In this document: positions 46,831-57,190 of the stretch, piece by piece
How the letters are laid out: each line of letters opens with the position of its first letter
Position numbering within the stretch: position 1 is the first letter of the stretch
DNA from: Candidatus Omnitrophota bacterium
GTDB lineage: Bacteria; Omnitrophota; Gorgyraeia; B26-G9
NCBI GenBank assembly: GCA_043826565.1
Contig: JBDRPX010000019.1
Location: forward strand, 5,369 to 69,368
Reading direction: 5' to 3'
DNA: 64,000 nt
Position numbers and translations under genes: made by a program
Notes under the pieces: generated by a model
Databases searched by the model: none
The model's input: only the letters and a program-made list of their open reading frames with translations
Told to the model about the DNA's origin: nothing

Positions 46831-48531
46831 ATGGCTTTTAAGAGAGAAGTGTTTGATAAGTTTTTAGATGCGATAATTAAAATTGCGGCCAGTGTATCTT
46901 TTATCCTATTGGTTTTCCAGTGGGGAGTGCATGTTAATGAGATGCCTTTGGAGCTGTTTAATAGAGTAGATACAATTGTGCTGTATACTTTTTTGACTAC
47001 AGTGGCCTTAAGATTTTTATTATCTCCGTCGAAACTGCAGCATTTTAAGAAAAACTGGCTGGATCTTATTGTGATTATCCCGGCAGTGCAGTTTTTTGCG
47101 CATGGGTTAAGAACCGCGTGTCTTTTTATTGTTATTCGTCAGAGTTTTCTGCTTTTTAAAAGGCTATTCCGCAGCGGTATGCTCCAGAAATTAATCAACT
47201 TATTAGGTTTAAAACCGGCACAGCTGCTGGTTGTGAGTTTTGGCATGACCATACTTGTGGGAGCATTTTTACTTACCTTACCCATTGCCACGCAAGACGG
47301 CAGCGGAGCTGATTTTATCGACGCGCTGTTTACCGCGACTTCCGCGACCTGTGTTACCGGTTTGATCGTTCAGGATACCGGAACTTTTTTCTCTACTTTT
47401 GGACAGATAGTAATTCTGGCCTTGATCCAGGTCGGAGCTTTGGGGATCATGACCTTTTCGGTAACTTTATTTTTAGCTGTGGGCCGTCAGGTTTCCAGCA
47501 AAGAGAGAATGGCCATGCAGGAAGTACTGGATCAGGATAGCGCGGCGGATATTTTGGGACTGGTTAAGTTTATTGTTGGAATGACCATATCGGTTGAACT
47601 TATCGGTGCGGCTTTTTTGTACTTCTCATTTACCCCGTATATTTCTGATCCGCTAAACAGATTATATGCAGCGGTATTTCATTCGATATCCGCGTTTTGT
47701 AATGCGGGATTTTCCGTATTTTCGGATAATCTGATGGCTTATGTAACTGATCCAAAAATCAATCTGTGTATTTGTTTTTTGATTATCTTCGGCGGGATCG
47801 GATTTATCGTTGTTAAAGATCTTTGGGATAAATACATAATACGTAAACGTTCCCGGGCCTTACGCTTGAAACTGCATACAAAACTGGTTTTGACCATGAG
47901 TCTGGCATTACTGATCATCGGTACGGTTTGTATTTATTTTGCCGAAAGTAATGCCGCGTTAAAAGGCATGCCGTTAAAAGACCAAATATTGGTCAGCTTT
48001 TTCCAGTCGACATCGGCAAGAACTGCCGGATTTAATACCATTGATATCGGAAAGATGACTAATTCCAGTGTGTTTATTATGATTGTGCTGATGTTTATCG
48101 GAGCGTCTGCCGGTTCTACAGGCGGCGGTATTAAAACCACGACATTTTGGATCATCCTCAAGGCATTTACCAGTCATATGAAAAATAAAGAAGATATCAG
48201 CGCGTTTAAGCGCAAAATCCCGGATGTGATCCTGGGCAAGGCAATTACGGTTGTGGTATTATCTACCGGCCTGGTGATTTTATTTACTTATCTTTTGGGA
48301 GTATTTGAGCAGTTACCTTTTCGTGATCTGGTATTTGAAGTAGTTTCGGCTTTCGGTACCGTAGGCTTATCCTGCGGTATAACCTTTGACCTTAATCTGG
48401 CCGGGAAAGTCTTGATTACGATATTGATGTTTTTAGGCAGGCTGGGGCCGTTAACTGTGGTACTGGCATTTTCACGTTATACCCGTAAGATAAATTATAC
48501 ATATGCGGAAGAAAAAATTATGGTAGGATAA
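46831..48531 (+). CDS. trkH: TrkH/KtrB potassium uptake membrane subunit with an extra N-terminal TM region
   Basis: TATSATCVTGL, SAFCNAGF, ARTAGF, GSTGGGIK, SAFGTVGLS, MFLGRLGP. Confidence 0.92.
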   Translation: MAFKREVFDKFLDAIIKIAASVSFILLVFQWGVHVNEMPLELFNRVDTIVLYTFLTTVALRFLLSPSKLQHFKKNWLDLIVIIPAVQFFAHGLRTACLFIVIRQSFLLFKRLFRSGMLQKLINLLGLKPAQLLVVSFGMTILVGAFLLTLPIATQDGSGADFIDALFTATSATCVTGLIVQDTGTFFSTFGQIVILALIQVGALGIMTFSVTLFLAVGRQVSSKERMAMQEVLDQDSAADILGLVKFIVGMTISVELIGAAFLYFSFTPYISDPLNRLYAAVFHSISAFCNAGFSVFSDNLMAYVTDPKINLCICFLIIFGGIGFIVVKDLWDKYIIRKRSRALRLKLHTKLVLTMSLALLIIGTVCIYFAESNAALKGMPLKDQILVSFFQSTSARTAGFNTIDIGKMTNSSVFIMIVLMFIGASAGSTGGGIKTTTFWIILKAFTSHMKNKEDISAFKRKIPDVILGKAITVVVLSTGLVILFTYLLGVFEQLPFRDLVFEVVSAFGTVGLSCGITFDLNLAGKVLITILMFLGRLGPLTVVLAFSRYTRKINYTYAEEKIMVG

Positions 48532-48534
48532 ATA

Positions 48535-48728
48535 AATTAAAAGTCAAAAATCAAAGGTCAAAAGGCAAAAGTGCAACTCAAAATTCAAAACTAGTTAAAC
48601 AGTAGGAAAGATAACTGAGATTAGTGAAATATTGAGGATGCTTACTGCAGGAAGATTACAATCGAAGAACAAAAAGTTTTTATTTTTAAATTATATTTTT
48701 GAGTTTTGAATTCTAAATTTTGAGTTTT
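48535..48728. repeat. Heptamer-periodic inverted array (TCAAAAn)
   Basis: AAAAGTCAAAAATCAAAGGTCAAAAGGCAAAAG ... TTTTGAGTTTTGAATTCTAAATTTTGAG. Confidence 0.85.
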
Positions 48729-48743
48729 AACAGGAGGTTTATA

Positions 48744-49796
48744 ATGCAATATCCCATAACAAGATTAAGGCGGCTGCGCAAAAGCCAGGTATTAAGGAAC
48801 ATGTTTCAGGAAACGGAATTAAATGTAAAATCGCTTATTTATCCGGTATTTGTCGTCGAAGGCAAAGAGGTTAAAGATCCGATTGAATCAATGCCGGGTC
48901 ATTACCGGATGTCTGTAGATGTATTATTAAAAGAACTAAAAGAAATTAGTGATTTGCGTGTTCCGGGAATAATGTTATTCGGGCTTCCGGAGAAAAAAGA
49001 CGAGCGGGCAACAACAGCATATGCTAAAAACGGGATTGTTCAGACAGCAATTCGGGCGATAAAAGAAAAATTTCCCAGTTTAATGGTTATTACGGATGTC
49101 TGTTTATGCGCGTATACTCCTTCCGGACATTGCGGTATTGTTAAAAACTGGGGTGTGGGGAATAAGGAAGAGGCGCAGTCGGAACAGGCAAATGACGAGT
49201 CCCGGGCCCAGGAAATGGTTATCTATAACGATGCCAGCTGTGAATTATTAGCTAAGACAGCGCTTTCCCATGCTGAAGCCGGAGCAGATATGGTTGCGCC
49301 CAGCAGTATGATGGACGGACAGGTAAATGCCATACGTACAGCTTTAGACGCGAATAATTTTAAGCATATTCCGATTATGTCGTACAGCGTGAAATATGCG
49401 TCGGCTTTTTACGGGCCTTTTCGGGAAGCGGCACAATCTGCGCCGGAATTTGGGGACCGGACGACATATCAGCTGAACCCGGGAAATTCCGAAGAAGCCA
49501 TGCGGGAGATTGAATTAGATATCCAGGAAGGCGCGGATATTGTTATGGTTAAACCTGGACTGGCGTATTTAGATATCGTGGTTCGGGCCAAACAGCGTTT
49601 TAACCGGCCGGTTGCCGCGTATAATGTCAGCGGTGAGTTTTCCATGGTTAAAGCAGCAGCGGCACAGGAATGGATAGATGAAAAACAGGTTGTATTGGAA
49701 ATTTTGACCAGTATGAAACGGGCGGGAGCGGATGTGATTATTACTTACCATGCTAAAGATGTCGCCCGGTGGCTGAGTGGGAAGTTTCTTTTGTAG
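48744..49796 (+). CDS. hemB: Porphobilinogen synthase
   Basis: RLRRLR, DVCLCAYT..GHCG, APSSMMDG, SAFYGPFR, MVKP, YNVSGE; SD AGGAGG before ATG 48744. Confidence 0.96.
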   Translation: MQYPITRLRRLRKSQVLRNMFQETELNVKSLIYPVFVVEGKEVKDPIESMPGHYRMSVDVLLKELKEISDLRVPGIMLFGLPEKKDERATTAYAKNGIVQTAIRAIKEKFPSLMVITDVCLCAYTPSGHCGIVKNWGVGNKEEAQSEQANDESRAQEMVIYNDASCELLAKTALSHAEAGADMVAPSSMMDGQVNAIRTALDANNFKHIPIMSYSVKYASAFYGPFREAAQSAPEFGDRTTYQLNPGNSEEAMREIELDIQEGADIVMVKPGLAYLDIVVRAKQRFNRPVAAYNVSGEFSMVKAAAAQEWIDEKQVVLEILTSMKRAGADVIITYHAKDVARWLSGKFLL

Positions 49797-49894
49797 CACT
49801 TCATAGGAGAGTTCCAGGTTTCATGTCCCAGGTAGCAGGAAAAACCTGAGACATGCGGCTTGTGACCTGTAACTAACTTTAAAAGGGAACATTA

Positions 49895-50911
49895 ATGCTC
49901 ATCTCTTGGAATATTACTAAAGCATGTAATTTAAAGTGTCAGCATTGTTATCGTGATGCCGGAGACTGCGCGCAAAATGAATTAACGCTTGAAGAAGGGA
50001 AGAAGCTTTTAACTGATCTTAAATCTCTTAATTTCAGATTAGTGATCTTTTCCGGGGGAGAGCCGCTACTGCGCAATGAATTATATGATTGGATACGTTT
50101 TGCCGGGAATCTCGGCCTGATCAGTGTCTTAGGCTCTAATGGTACACTTATTGATAAAGAGACTGCTCTAAAGCTGAAACAGACCGGCCTTAAACGCGCG
50201 GGCATAAGCCTTGACTCAGTTGATCCGGAAACTCACGATATATTCCGCTGTGCGGGAGGTTCCTGGGAGAAAGCTGTCGCCGGAATGAACAATTGTACGG
50301 CGGCCGGACTTGAATTTCAAATACATACTACGGTTACGAAAAAGAATATTGATGAAGTATTGAAGATCTCGGATTTTGCGGAAAGTATCGGTGCTTGTGC
50401 GCATCATATATTTTTCTTAGTCCCGACGGGCCGGGGTAAGGATATCGACGGAGTTACTCCTTCTGCGGCTGAATATGAAGAGCTTCTGGGAAAAATACTG
50501 GAAAAACAAAAGACTTTAAGTATTGAATTAAAACCGGTGTGTGCGCCTCATTTTATGAGAATTGCCCGGCAAAAGCAGATAAATATGCGCTTTGATAAAG
50601 GCTGCTTAGCGGGAGTAAGTTACTGTTGTATCCTGCCGGACGGCACCGTGCATCCGTGTCCGTATCTGCCGATTGATTTGGGGAATGTAAGAGAAGAGGG
50701 GTTTGTTAAAATCTGGCAGGAGAATAAGGTGTTTAATGATTTGCGCGCTTTAGACCTAAAAGGCAAGTGCGGGATTTGTGAATTTAAAAAGATTTGCTCC
50801 GGCTGTCGTGCAGCGGCGTTTTACACTTCAGACGGAGATTATTTAGCGGAGGATCTGAATTGCAGTTATGAACCAAAAAGAAAAACAGCTCTTAGAGATA
50901 CTTCAATCTGA
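49895..50911 (+). CDS. ahbD: Radical SAM/SPASM heme synthase (AhbD/NirJ2-like)
   Basis: SWNITKACNLKCQHCY, SGGEPL, FFLVPTGRG, CAP, GCLAG, SPASM cysteines; lies between hemB and ahbAB. Confidence 0.75.
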   Translation: MLISWNITKACNLKCQHCYRDAGDCAQNELTLEEGKKLLTDLKSLNFRLVIFSGGEPLLRNELYDWIRFAGNLGLISVLGSNGTLIDKETALKLKQTGLKRAGISLDSVDPETHDIFRCAGGSWEKAVAGMNNCTAAGLEFQIHTTVTKKNIDEVLKISDFAESIGACAHHIFFLVPTGRGKDIDGVTPSAAEYEELLGKILEKQKTLSIELKPVCAPHFMRIARQKQINMRFDKGCLAGVSYCCILPDGTVHPCPYLPIDLGNVREEGFVKIWQENKVFNDLRALDLKGKCGICEFKKICSGCRAAAFYTSDGDYLAEDLNCSYEPKRKTALRDTSI

Positions 50912-51314
50912 TTTTCCTGAAGGTCAGCGCCCCTTTCGGGTGATTGCCGAGCGGCTTCGGATAAGTGAAGCTGCTTTATTAAAAAAGATCGGGGAGTTAA
51001 AGCGCAGCGGTGTTATCCGCCGCATCGGAGCGACGATCAATTCCCAGAGCATTGGTTATAAAAGTATTCTTATCGCGGCCTGTGTTGATTTAAAAAACCT
51101 GGAGTCAATAGTCTCATTCATTAATGCTTCCGAGAGTGTTTCACATAATTACTTACGCGACTGCGAATATAATATATGGTTTACTTTAAGTAAGCGGACA
51201 AAAAAAGAGATTACTGATTTTATCCGGAAATTTAAAAATAAAAAAGGCGTGCGGAAAGTTTTAGAATTGCCTGCGGAAAAAACAATTAAAATAAAAGCGG
51301 AATTTGTCTTATGA
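50868..51314 (+). CDS. ahbA: Siroheme decarboxylase subunit alpha (Lrp/AsnC-like)
   Basis: LQSDFP..RPF, GVIRRIG, VSHNYLR, YNIWFT. Confidence 0.88.
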   Translation: MNQKEKQLLEILQSDFPEGQRPFRVIAERLRISEAALLKKIGELKRSGVIRRIGATINSQSIGYKSILIAACVDLKNLESIVSFINASESVSHNYLRDCEYNIWFTLSKRTKKEITDFIRKFKNKKGVRKVLELPAEKTIKIKAEFVL

Positions 51315-51820
51315 AAAAGTCTCCGGTCACAGGTCACAAGTCACAAGTAAAAAAAATAAACAAAATACAAAAAGAGATTATTTGTTTCTTGCAAGGGGAT
51401 ATTCCCCTAAAGCCTAATCCGTATACTGGCTTAGCAAAAAAACTTGATATTGCCGAGGATGAAATTATCCGGCAGATAAAAGTATTAAAAAAACAAGGAT
51501 ATATCCGGAGGTTTGGCGCGATTTTAAGTCATCACAAGGTCGGCTTAAACAGCAATTGTATGTGTGTCTGGAATGTGCCTAAGCTTAAGATAAACAAAAT
51601 ATCAAAAGGCGCATTCGGAAGACCGGAAATTAGCCATTGTTATCTAAGAAAGACTACCCCGGATTGGCCGTATAATTTTTATACCATGATACACGCTGGT
51701 TCACCGAAGCAGTGTATGCAGATAATCAATGAACTTAGTAAACAGAATGGTGTTAGTGATTATAAGATGCTGTTTACAAAAAAACAATTTAAAAAAACCA
51801 GTCCGGTGTATAAAATATAG
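51311..51820 (+). CDS. ahbB: Siroheme decarboxylase subunit beta
   Basis: LQGDIPL..PY, IRRFGA, ISHCYLR, WPYNFYTMIH, FKKTS. Confidence 0.88.
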   Translation: MKKSPVTGHKSQVKKINKIQKEIICFLQGDIPLKPNPYTGLAKKLDIAEDEIIRQIKVLKKQGYIRRFGAILSHHKVGLNSNCMCVWNVPKLKINKISKGAFGRPEISHCYLRKTTPDWPYNFYTMIHAGSPKQCMQIINELSKQNGVSDYKMLFTKKQFKKTSPVYKI

Positions 51821-51910
51821 AAGACAGAAGACAGAAGACAGAAGACAGAAAGAATACTAGATACTAAAATTTTTTAAATTTCTGACCTCTGTTTTCTGAT
51901 ATCTGATTTC
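51819..51910. repeat. (AGAAGAC)x4 tandem repeat with a downstream inverted TCTGA arm
   Basis: Perfect heptamer tandem at 51819-51846; TCTGACCTCTGTTTTCTGATATCTGA. Confidence 0.85.
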
Positions 51911-51935
51911 TTTAGATTGAAAGGAAGAGAAAGTT

Positions 51936-53222
51936 GTGAACAAAAGATCAAATTCGGCAGAATACTATAAGCAGGCGTTAAAGCTTATGCCCGGCGGAGT
52001 AAATAGCCCGGTACGTGCTTTTGGCGCGGTGGGCGGTAACCCGGTATTTATTAAAAGAGGTAAGGGCTCCCGCATATATGATGTTGACGGGAACGCGTAT
52101 ATTGATTATGTCTTAAGCTGGGGGCCGCTGATCTTAGGACATGCTCATAAAGAGGTTGTTGCCGAGGTAAAGAAGAGTTTATTTTATGGGTTAAGTTTCG
52201 GAGCTCCGACAAAAGCTGAAGTAGATTTTGCTAAAATAATTACCCAGGCAATTCCGAGCATGCAGATGCTTCGGCTGGTTAATTCCGGAACCGAAGCGAC
52301 CATGAGCGCGATCAGATTAGCGCGCGGGTTTACTAAAAAGAATAAAATAATTAAGTTTAGCGGTTGTTATCACGGGCACAATGACGGATTATTAGTAAAA
52401 GCCGGCAGTGGAACTGCTACTTTTGGGATTCCCTCAAGCAAAGGAGTGCCGCGTGATTTTACTAAAAATACGATCGTTGTTCCGTATAATGACATTGCGG
52501 CTATAAAGAAGGTAATTACTGCGCAGCATAAAGATATTGCCGCGGTTATTTTAGAGCCTGTAGCCGGAAATATGGGTGTTGTAAAACCAAAGAATGAATT
52601 TTTGGCAGAGCTTAGAAAGCTTACGGAAAAAAATAATATATTATTGATCTTTGACGAAGTTATTACCGGATTTAGGTTTTGTTTCGGCGGAGCGCAGAAG
52701 CTGTTTAAGATCAAACCGGATATTACTTGTTTGGGCAAGATAATCGGAGGAGGACTGCCTATTGGCGCTTATGGAGCAAGTAAAGAAATAATGAGCAGTA
52801 TTTGTCCTTTAGGCGAGGTGTATCAGGCCGGGACTTTATCGGGAAATCCGATTGCGGTTAGTTCCGGGTTAAAAACATTACAGATTTTACGCAAATTGGA
52901 CTATAATAGAATTAATAAACTGGCTAAGGTCTTATGTGAACAGATTGAAGAAATATGCCGGGAGCACAAGGTAAAAGCAAAGATTAATCGGATGGGCTCG
53001 ATGTTTACGCTCTTTTTTACAGAAAAGCAAGTTGTTGATTATCGCAGTGCGTCTTTAGCTGATTCTAAGCAATACGCGAAGTTTTTTAATGCCATGCTTG
53101 ACGCCGGGATTTATATGGCGCCTTCACAATTTGAAGCTAATTTTTTATCTTTCGCGCATACGAAACAGGATATCGAAAAAACAGTAAAAGCAGTAGAAAA
53201 AGCTGTAAGCTCTAAGCTGTAA
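51936..53222 (+). CDS. hemL: Glutamate-1-semialdehyde 2,1-aminomutase
   Basis: PGGVNSPVRAF, NSGTEATM, FDEVITGFR, GKIIGGGLP, QAGTLSGNP, PSQFE. Confidence 0.97.
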   Translation: MNKRSNSAEYYKQALKLMPGGVNSPVRAFGAVGGNPVFIKRGKGSRIYDVDGNAYIDYVLSWGPLILGHAHKEVVAEVKKSLFYGLSFGAPTKAEVDFAKIITQAIPSMQMLRLVNSGTEATMSAIRLARGFTKKNKIIKFSGCYHGHNDGLLVKAGSGTATFGIPSSKGVPRDFTKNTIVVPYNDIAAIKKVITAQHKDIAAVILEPVAGNMGVVKPKNEFLAELRKLTEKNNILLIFDEVITGFRFCFGGAQKLFKIKPDITCLGKIIGGGLPIGAYGASKEIMSSICPLGEVYQAGTLSGNPIAVSSGLKTLQILRKLDYNRINKLAKVLCEQIEEICREHKVKAKINRMGSMFTLFFTEKQVVDYRSASLADSKQYAKFFNAMLDAGIYMAPSQFEANFLSFAHTKQDIEKTVKAVEKAVSSKL

Positions 53223-53382
53223 GCTATAAGGATTAAGAAAAAGTTACGAGTAACAGTTTAAAAGATAAAAGCAGTTTAATCTCAGGATATGCTTTTAAAA
53301 AATTGTTTTTATGTCTTGGATGTTGAGATTTGTTTGTCTGCCGGGAAGCGAGATCTCGCCAAGGGCGGATAATTCGGGAATT

Positions 53383-53505
53383 GCAAATATCAAAATGACA
53401 GAGAAAAATGAAAAAAGAAGTTAAAAAGTACTATAATCAATGTTAATGTTTTTTATTTTTGACTTTTAACTTGTCATTTTGCATTTTGACTTTTGATTTT
53501 TGAGT
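53383..53505. repeat. Heptamer-periodic inverted array (TCAAAAn)
   Basis: GCAAATATCAAAATGACA ... TTTTGACTTTTAACTTGTCATTTTGCATTTTGACTTTTGATTTTTGAG. Confidence 0.8.
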
Positions 53506-53524
53506 TAATAATAGGAGATATTAT

Positions 53525-53773
53525 ATGTTTAGTGTAGGAATGCCGGAGTTAATCTTAGTATTTGTCGTGGCCCTGCTTATCTTCGGTCCGCGAAAACTTC
53601 CTGAAATAGGCAGGACTATGGGCAAAGCCATGCGTGAGTTTAAACGGGCGGCGGAAGATTTTAAAGACGCGATTAATCAGGAGCCTCCGGAAGAGCTGGT
53701 TAAAGATGTAGAAGAAAAGCTTAAGAAAAATGAAGAAAATCTGACCAAAGAAGGGAAGAGTCTTAGTGGATAA
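53525..53773 (+). CDS. tatA: Twin-arginine translocase TatA/TatB
   Basis: GMPEL...[22 protein letters not shown]. Confidence 0.9.
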   Translation: MFSVGMPELILVFVVALLIFGPRKLPEIGRTMGKAMREFKRAAEDFKDAINQEPPEELVKDVEEKLKKNEENLTKEGKSLSG

Positions 53774-54515
53774 AATTTACGATGATGTAGATAAGCCTCT
53801 TTCGATCCTTAAGCATCTGGAAGAATTAAGAAACCGGCTTTTATTTTCGTTATTATTGATCGTTGCGTGTATGTCTATCGGCTATAGTTTTATTCCGCAG
53901 ATAATGGATGTCATCATCAAGCCGATCGGAAAACTATATTTTATGAGTCCGACTGAGGCGTTTTGGGTGCAGATAAAAGTCGCTTTTTTTGTCGGGATTT
54001 ATTTCTCCCTGCCGTTTATTTTTTATCAGATCTGGAAATTCGTGGAAATCGGATTAAAACGCCGGGAAAAACATTTTCTTGTTCCGCTAAGTTTGTGTTC
54101 ATTCCTGCTTTTTACCCTCGGCGGAAGTTTTTGTTATATTATTGTGATCCCGGTAGCGATTAAGTTCCTGCTTTCCTATGGATCGGCTACTTTAGTGCCG
54201 ATTATTTCTGTAAGCAAGTATATCTCGTTCTTAGGAGGTCTGATCTTTGCCTTTGGCATAACCTTTCAGCTTCCTCTGGTTATGATGTTTCTCGCGCGTA
54301 TGGGGGTGGTGAATAATCTGGCCTTGCGCAAGGCCAGGCGGTTTGCTATCCTGGGAGCGTTTATTGTTGCCGCGGCTTTAACCCCGACCCCGGATATGGT
54401 CAATCAAACGCTTTTGGCTTTGCCGATTATTGTTTTATATGAGATAAGTATTTGGTTAGTAAAGATATTTGAAAAGAAGTCCGAAGTTTATGGAGAGGAT
54501 AGTTCTGAGGGCTAA
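53766..54515 (+). CDS. tatC: Twin-arginine translocase TatC
   Basis: [37 protein letters not shown]. Confidence 0.95.
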   Translation: MDKIYDDVDKPLSILKHLEELRNRLLFSLLLIVACMSIGYSFIPQIMDVIIKPIGKLYFMSPTEAFWVQIKVAFFVGIYFSLPFIFYQIWKFVEIGLKRREKHFLVPLSLCSFLLFTLGGSFCYIIVIPVAIKFLLSYGSATLVPIISVSKYISFLGGLIFAFGITFQLPLVMMFLARMGVVNNLALRKARRFAILGAFIVAAALTPTPDMVNQTLLALPIIVLYEISIWLVKIFEKKSEVYGEDSSEG

Positions 54516-54579
54516 ATAAAGACCTCTCACCTTTACAGGTTCGAGGTTAATTTGCTGTCGCAAATTAAGGAGGATTATT

Positions 54580-54759
54580 ATGGGTAGATTTGGGGTGCCG
54601 GAACTGGCGTTGATTTTAATTATTTTGTTATTACTTTTTGGGGCGAGTAAATTACCGCAGATGGCGCGTGCTCTTGGCGAAAGTATTAAAGAATTTAAAA
54701 AGTCGGTCAATAGTAAAGCTGAGGAACCTCAGGAAGAAAAAAAGGAAGGATCCGAGTAG
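54580..54759 (+). CDS. tatA: Second TatA/E (59 aa, absent from the ORF track)
   Basis: Translated by hand: MGRFGVPELALILIILLLLFGASKLPQMARALGESIKEFKKSVNSKAEEPQEEKKEGSE*; SD AAGGAGG. Confidence 0.92.
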   Translation: MGRFGVPELALILIILLLLFGASKLPQMARALGESIKEFKKSVNSKAEEPQEEKKEGSE

Positions 54760-54762
54760 GGT

Positions 54763-55941
54763 ATGGCCACAGTTATTCTTAAACCTGATCAAGGACAACG
54801 GATTTACTCCGGATATCCCCGGGTATTTAATTATCAGATTAGCCAGATAAAAGGTGATTTTAAGCCGGGAGATATTGTTTCGGTGACAAATTCCCGCAGT
54901 GAATTTGTCGGCCGGGGATATATAAATCCCGGGTCTAATATTCCGGTACGTATTTTAACTCATGATGATGAGCCGATAAATAAAGAATTCCTGACCCGCC
55001 GGATAAAACAGGCGATTGATTTCCGCAAGAATATTATTTCTGAAGATACAAATGCTTACCGCCTGATTTTTTCCGAATCTGATTTTCTTTCCGGGCTTAT
55101 TGTGGATGTCTACGGAGACTGCTTAGTCATCCAGATGCTCACTTTGGGTATGGAGAATCAAAAGCAGGATATTATTGATATCTTAAAAGAGTTTATCAAG
55201 CCTAAAGGTATTTATTTGCGTAATGATACGCCGCTGCGTTTACAGGAGAATTTATCTTTAGAAAAAAAAGTTGTTTGCGGAAGATTTGGGACCAAGCTGG
55301 AAATAAGAGAGAACGGCGTGCCTTTTGTCGTGGATATCGAAAACGGACAAAGGACAGGATTTTATATTGACCGCCGCGATAACCGTCTTTTACTAAAAGA
55401 GATAACTAAAGGGAAAACAGTACTTGATTGTTTTTGCTATAGCGGAGCATTTTCTGTATATGCCAGCCGCTACGGCGCGTCTAAGGTTGTGGGTATTGAT
55501 ATTTCCGCGCATGCCTTGAAATTCGCTAAAACAAATATGAAGCTTAACCGAATTAACTCCCGGCGTTATGAATTTAAAGAAGATGATGTTTTTAATGCTT
55601 TAAGGGATCTTTGTGACCGCCGGGCTAAATTCGATGTGGTAATGCTTGACCCGCCCAGTTTAGTAAGCTCTAAAAATAAAATTGATAGCGGATTGCGCGG
55701 ATACCGGGAACTGAATTTAAGGGCTTTAACTCTTTTAAATAGAGGAGGCATTTTGGTAACATCAAGCTGTTCTTACCCTGTGCATGACCAGCTTTTTAAA
55801 CAGGTTTTGCAGGAAGTCGCGGATAAAGAAGGCCGGATGCTGCGGGTGATAAAATCCGGAAGCCAGTCTCCGGATCATCCCAAGTTCTTGAATATAAAGG
55901 AAAATTCTTACCTTAAATGCTTGGTCTTAGAGGTGTTGTAA
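54763..55941 (+). CDS. rlmI: RlmI-like class I SAM-dependent rRNA methyltransferase
   Basis: PUA-like N-terminus, SESDFLSGLIVD, GQRTGFYID, LDCFCYSGAF, LDPP, TSSCS, DHP, YLK. Confidence 0.8.
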   Translation: MATVILKPDQGQRIYSGYPRVFNYQISQIKGDFKPGDIVSVTNSRSEFVGRGYINPGSNIPVRILTHDDEPINKEFLTRRIKQAIDFRKNIISEDTNAYRLIFSESDFLSGLIVDVYGDCLVIQMLTLGMENQKQDIIDILKEFIKPKGIYLRNDTPLRLQENLSLEKKVVCGRFGTKLEIRENGVPFVVDIENGQRTGFYIDRRDNRLLLKEITKGKTVLDCFCYSGAFSVYASRYGASKVVGIDISAHALKFAKTNMKLNRINSRRYEFKEDDVFNALRDLCDRRAKFDVVMLDPPSLVSSKNKIDSGLRGYRELNLRALTLLNRGGILVTSSCSYPVHDQLFKQVLQEVADKEGRMLRVIKSGSQSPDHPKFLNIKENSYLKCLVLEVL

Positions 55942-55946
55942 TTTGC

Positions 55947-56474
55947 TTACCAGTTGAAGTTTTTCGGTTCGGAAGTCAAATCGCTTTTTTTCTTTGTTTC
56001 TTTTTGAATGATTTTTTTTGTTTTTTTTACGTTCTTATATTCCAGTTCTGTTTTGAGGTCCCGGATTTCATTCTGCAAACGCAAAATATTTTCTTTTTCT
56101 CTGGTAAGTTCCTCGCCTAAAGATTTATTTGTATTTTTGAAAATCCGTAATTCTTTTTCTATATTATTATACTTCTGTTCAAAAGCAGTGAGCTTTTTCT
56201 CAAGGGCAAGGCTTTTTCCCTGTGCCGCGGCTAAGTCCTGCTGCGCTTTTTTGGTTGTTTTTTTTAAGTCAGCACATTCATTTGTTGTTTTTTTTAAGTC
56301 GGAAGTAATCACAGTATTTGCTTTAGTTAAGGATTTTAACTTATCGTACAGATCACTGCTTTTATCCAATTCAACTTTCTTCCTGGATGTTGAGCCGATT
56401 GCCCAAAGAAGACTGATTATGCTGATGACAAAAAACACCGCAAGAATCTTTTTTAAAGAAGACTCGTTCATCAT
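55947..56474 (-). CDS. Hypothetical membrane-anchored coiled-coil protein
   Basis: One N-terminal TM helix followed by a long K/E/L-rich heptad region. Confidence 0.65.
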   Translation of the reverse strand: MMNESSLKKILAVFFVISIISLLWAIGSTSRKKVELDKSSDLYDKLKSLTKANTVITSDLKKTTNECADLKKTTKKAQQDLAAAQGKSLALEKKLTAFEQKYNNIEKELRIFKNTNKSLGEELTREKENILRLQNEIRDLKTELEYKNVKKTKKIIQKETKKKSDLTSEPKNFNW

Positions 56475-56504
56475 TGTTTTACTCTTGGTTTAGCAGCAAC
56501 TAGG

Positions 56505-57167
56505 CTATTTCATTTCACTGCTTTTGGGTGTAAGCCTGTCTGCACCTGGTTTTTGTTTAATGATCTTTTCCGGCAAGATCGTAATTTCTACACGCCTGTT
56601 TTGCTGACGGCCTTCCGCAGTATCATTGGACGCAACAGGGTGGTACTCGCCGTATCCTACAGCAGATAACCGCCGAGGATCTGTTCCTTTGTTATCAACC
56701 AGGTAATGCAGTACGCTTGTGGCCCGTGTGGTGGAAAGTTCCCAGTTGGATTTCCAATTAGAACGAGTGATCGGTTGATCATCGGTGTGCCCTTCAATAG
56801 CTATATCGCGGTCTACAACTTGATTATTTAATACCGAAGCTACGCGGTCTAAGACAGAAAAAGCTTTGTCTTTCAAAACTGCTTTCCCGGAATCAAAAAG
56901 AACTTCCGCAACAAAGGTGATCACCAGCCCCCGGTTAAGCATTTCCACGCGGATATCTTTTTCTTCAATTTCTTTTTGAAGCTGCAGCTCGAGTTCTTTC
57001 TTTGCGCGCAATAATTCTTCGCGTGCTCTTTGTTCTGCTTCTAATCTAGTGCTAAGGTCATCAATTTGGTCTAGATCTTTAGGACTTCTTTTTTGCAGAA
57101 TTATCGAACATCCGCAAAGTCCTATAATTACCGGAATAACAACTAAAAATTTTAATTTACCGAACAT
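56505..57167 (-). CDS. OmpA/MotB-family peptidoglycan-binding lipoprotein
   Basis: Lipobox-like GLCGC, coiled coil, LFDSGKA, EGHTD, NWELSTTRA, GYGE..P, NRRVEI; SD AAGGAGG before ATG 57167. Confidence 0.88.
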   Translation of the reverse strand: MFGKLKFLVVIPVIIGLCGCSIILQKRSPKDLDQIDDLSTRLEAEQRAREELLRAKKELELQLQKEIEEKDIRVEMLNRGLVITFVAEVLFDSGKAVLKDKAFSVLDRVASVLNNQVVDRDIAIEGHTDDQPITRSNWKSNWELSTTRATSVLHYLVDNKGTDPRRLSAVGYGEYHPVASNDTAEGRQQNRRVEITILPEKIIKQKPGADRLTPKSSEMK

Positions 57168-57190
57168 AGGCACCTCCTTAAGTAGGCTGT

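Noticed and set aside
54520-54550. tRNA fragment (GGTTCGA)
   Set aside because: No cloverleaf; just a short hairpin between tatC and tatA
55941-55947. Replication terminus/dif at the strand switch
   Set aside because: No dif-like 28-bp site seen; a simple convergent junction cannot be interpreted from one window
56505-57167. Flagellar stator MotB
   Set aside because: Has a lipobox, lacks the N-terminal TM Asp motif, and there is no motA
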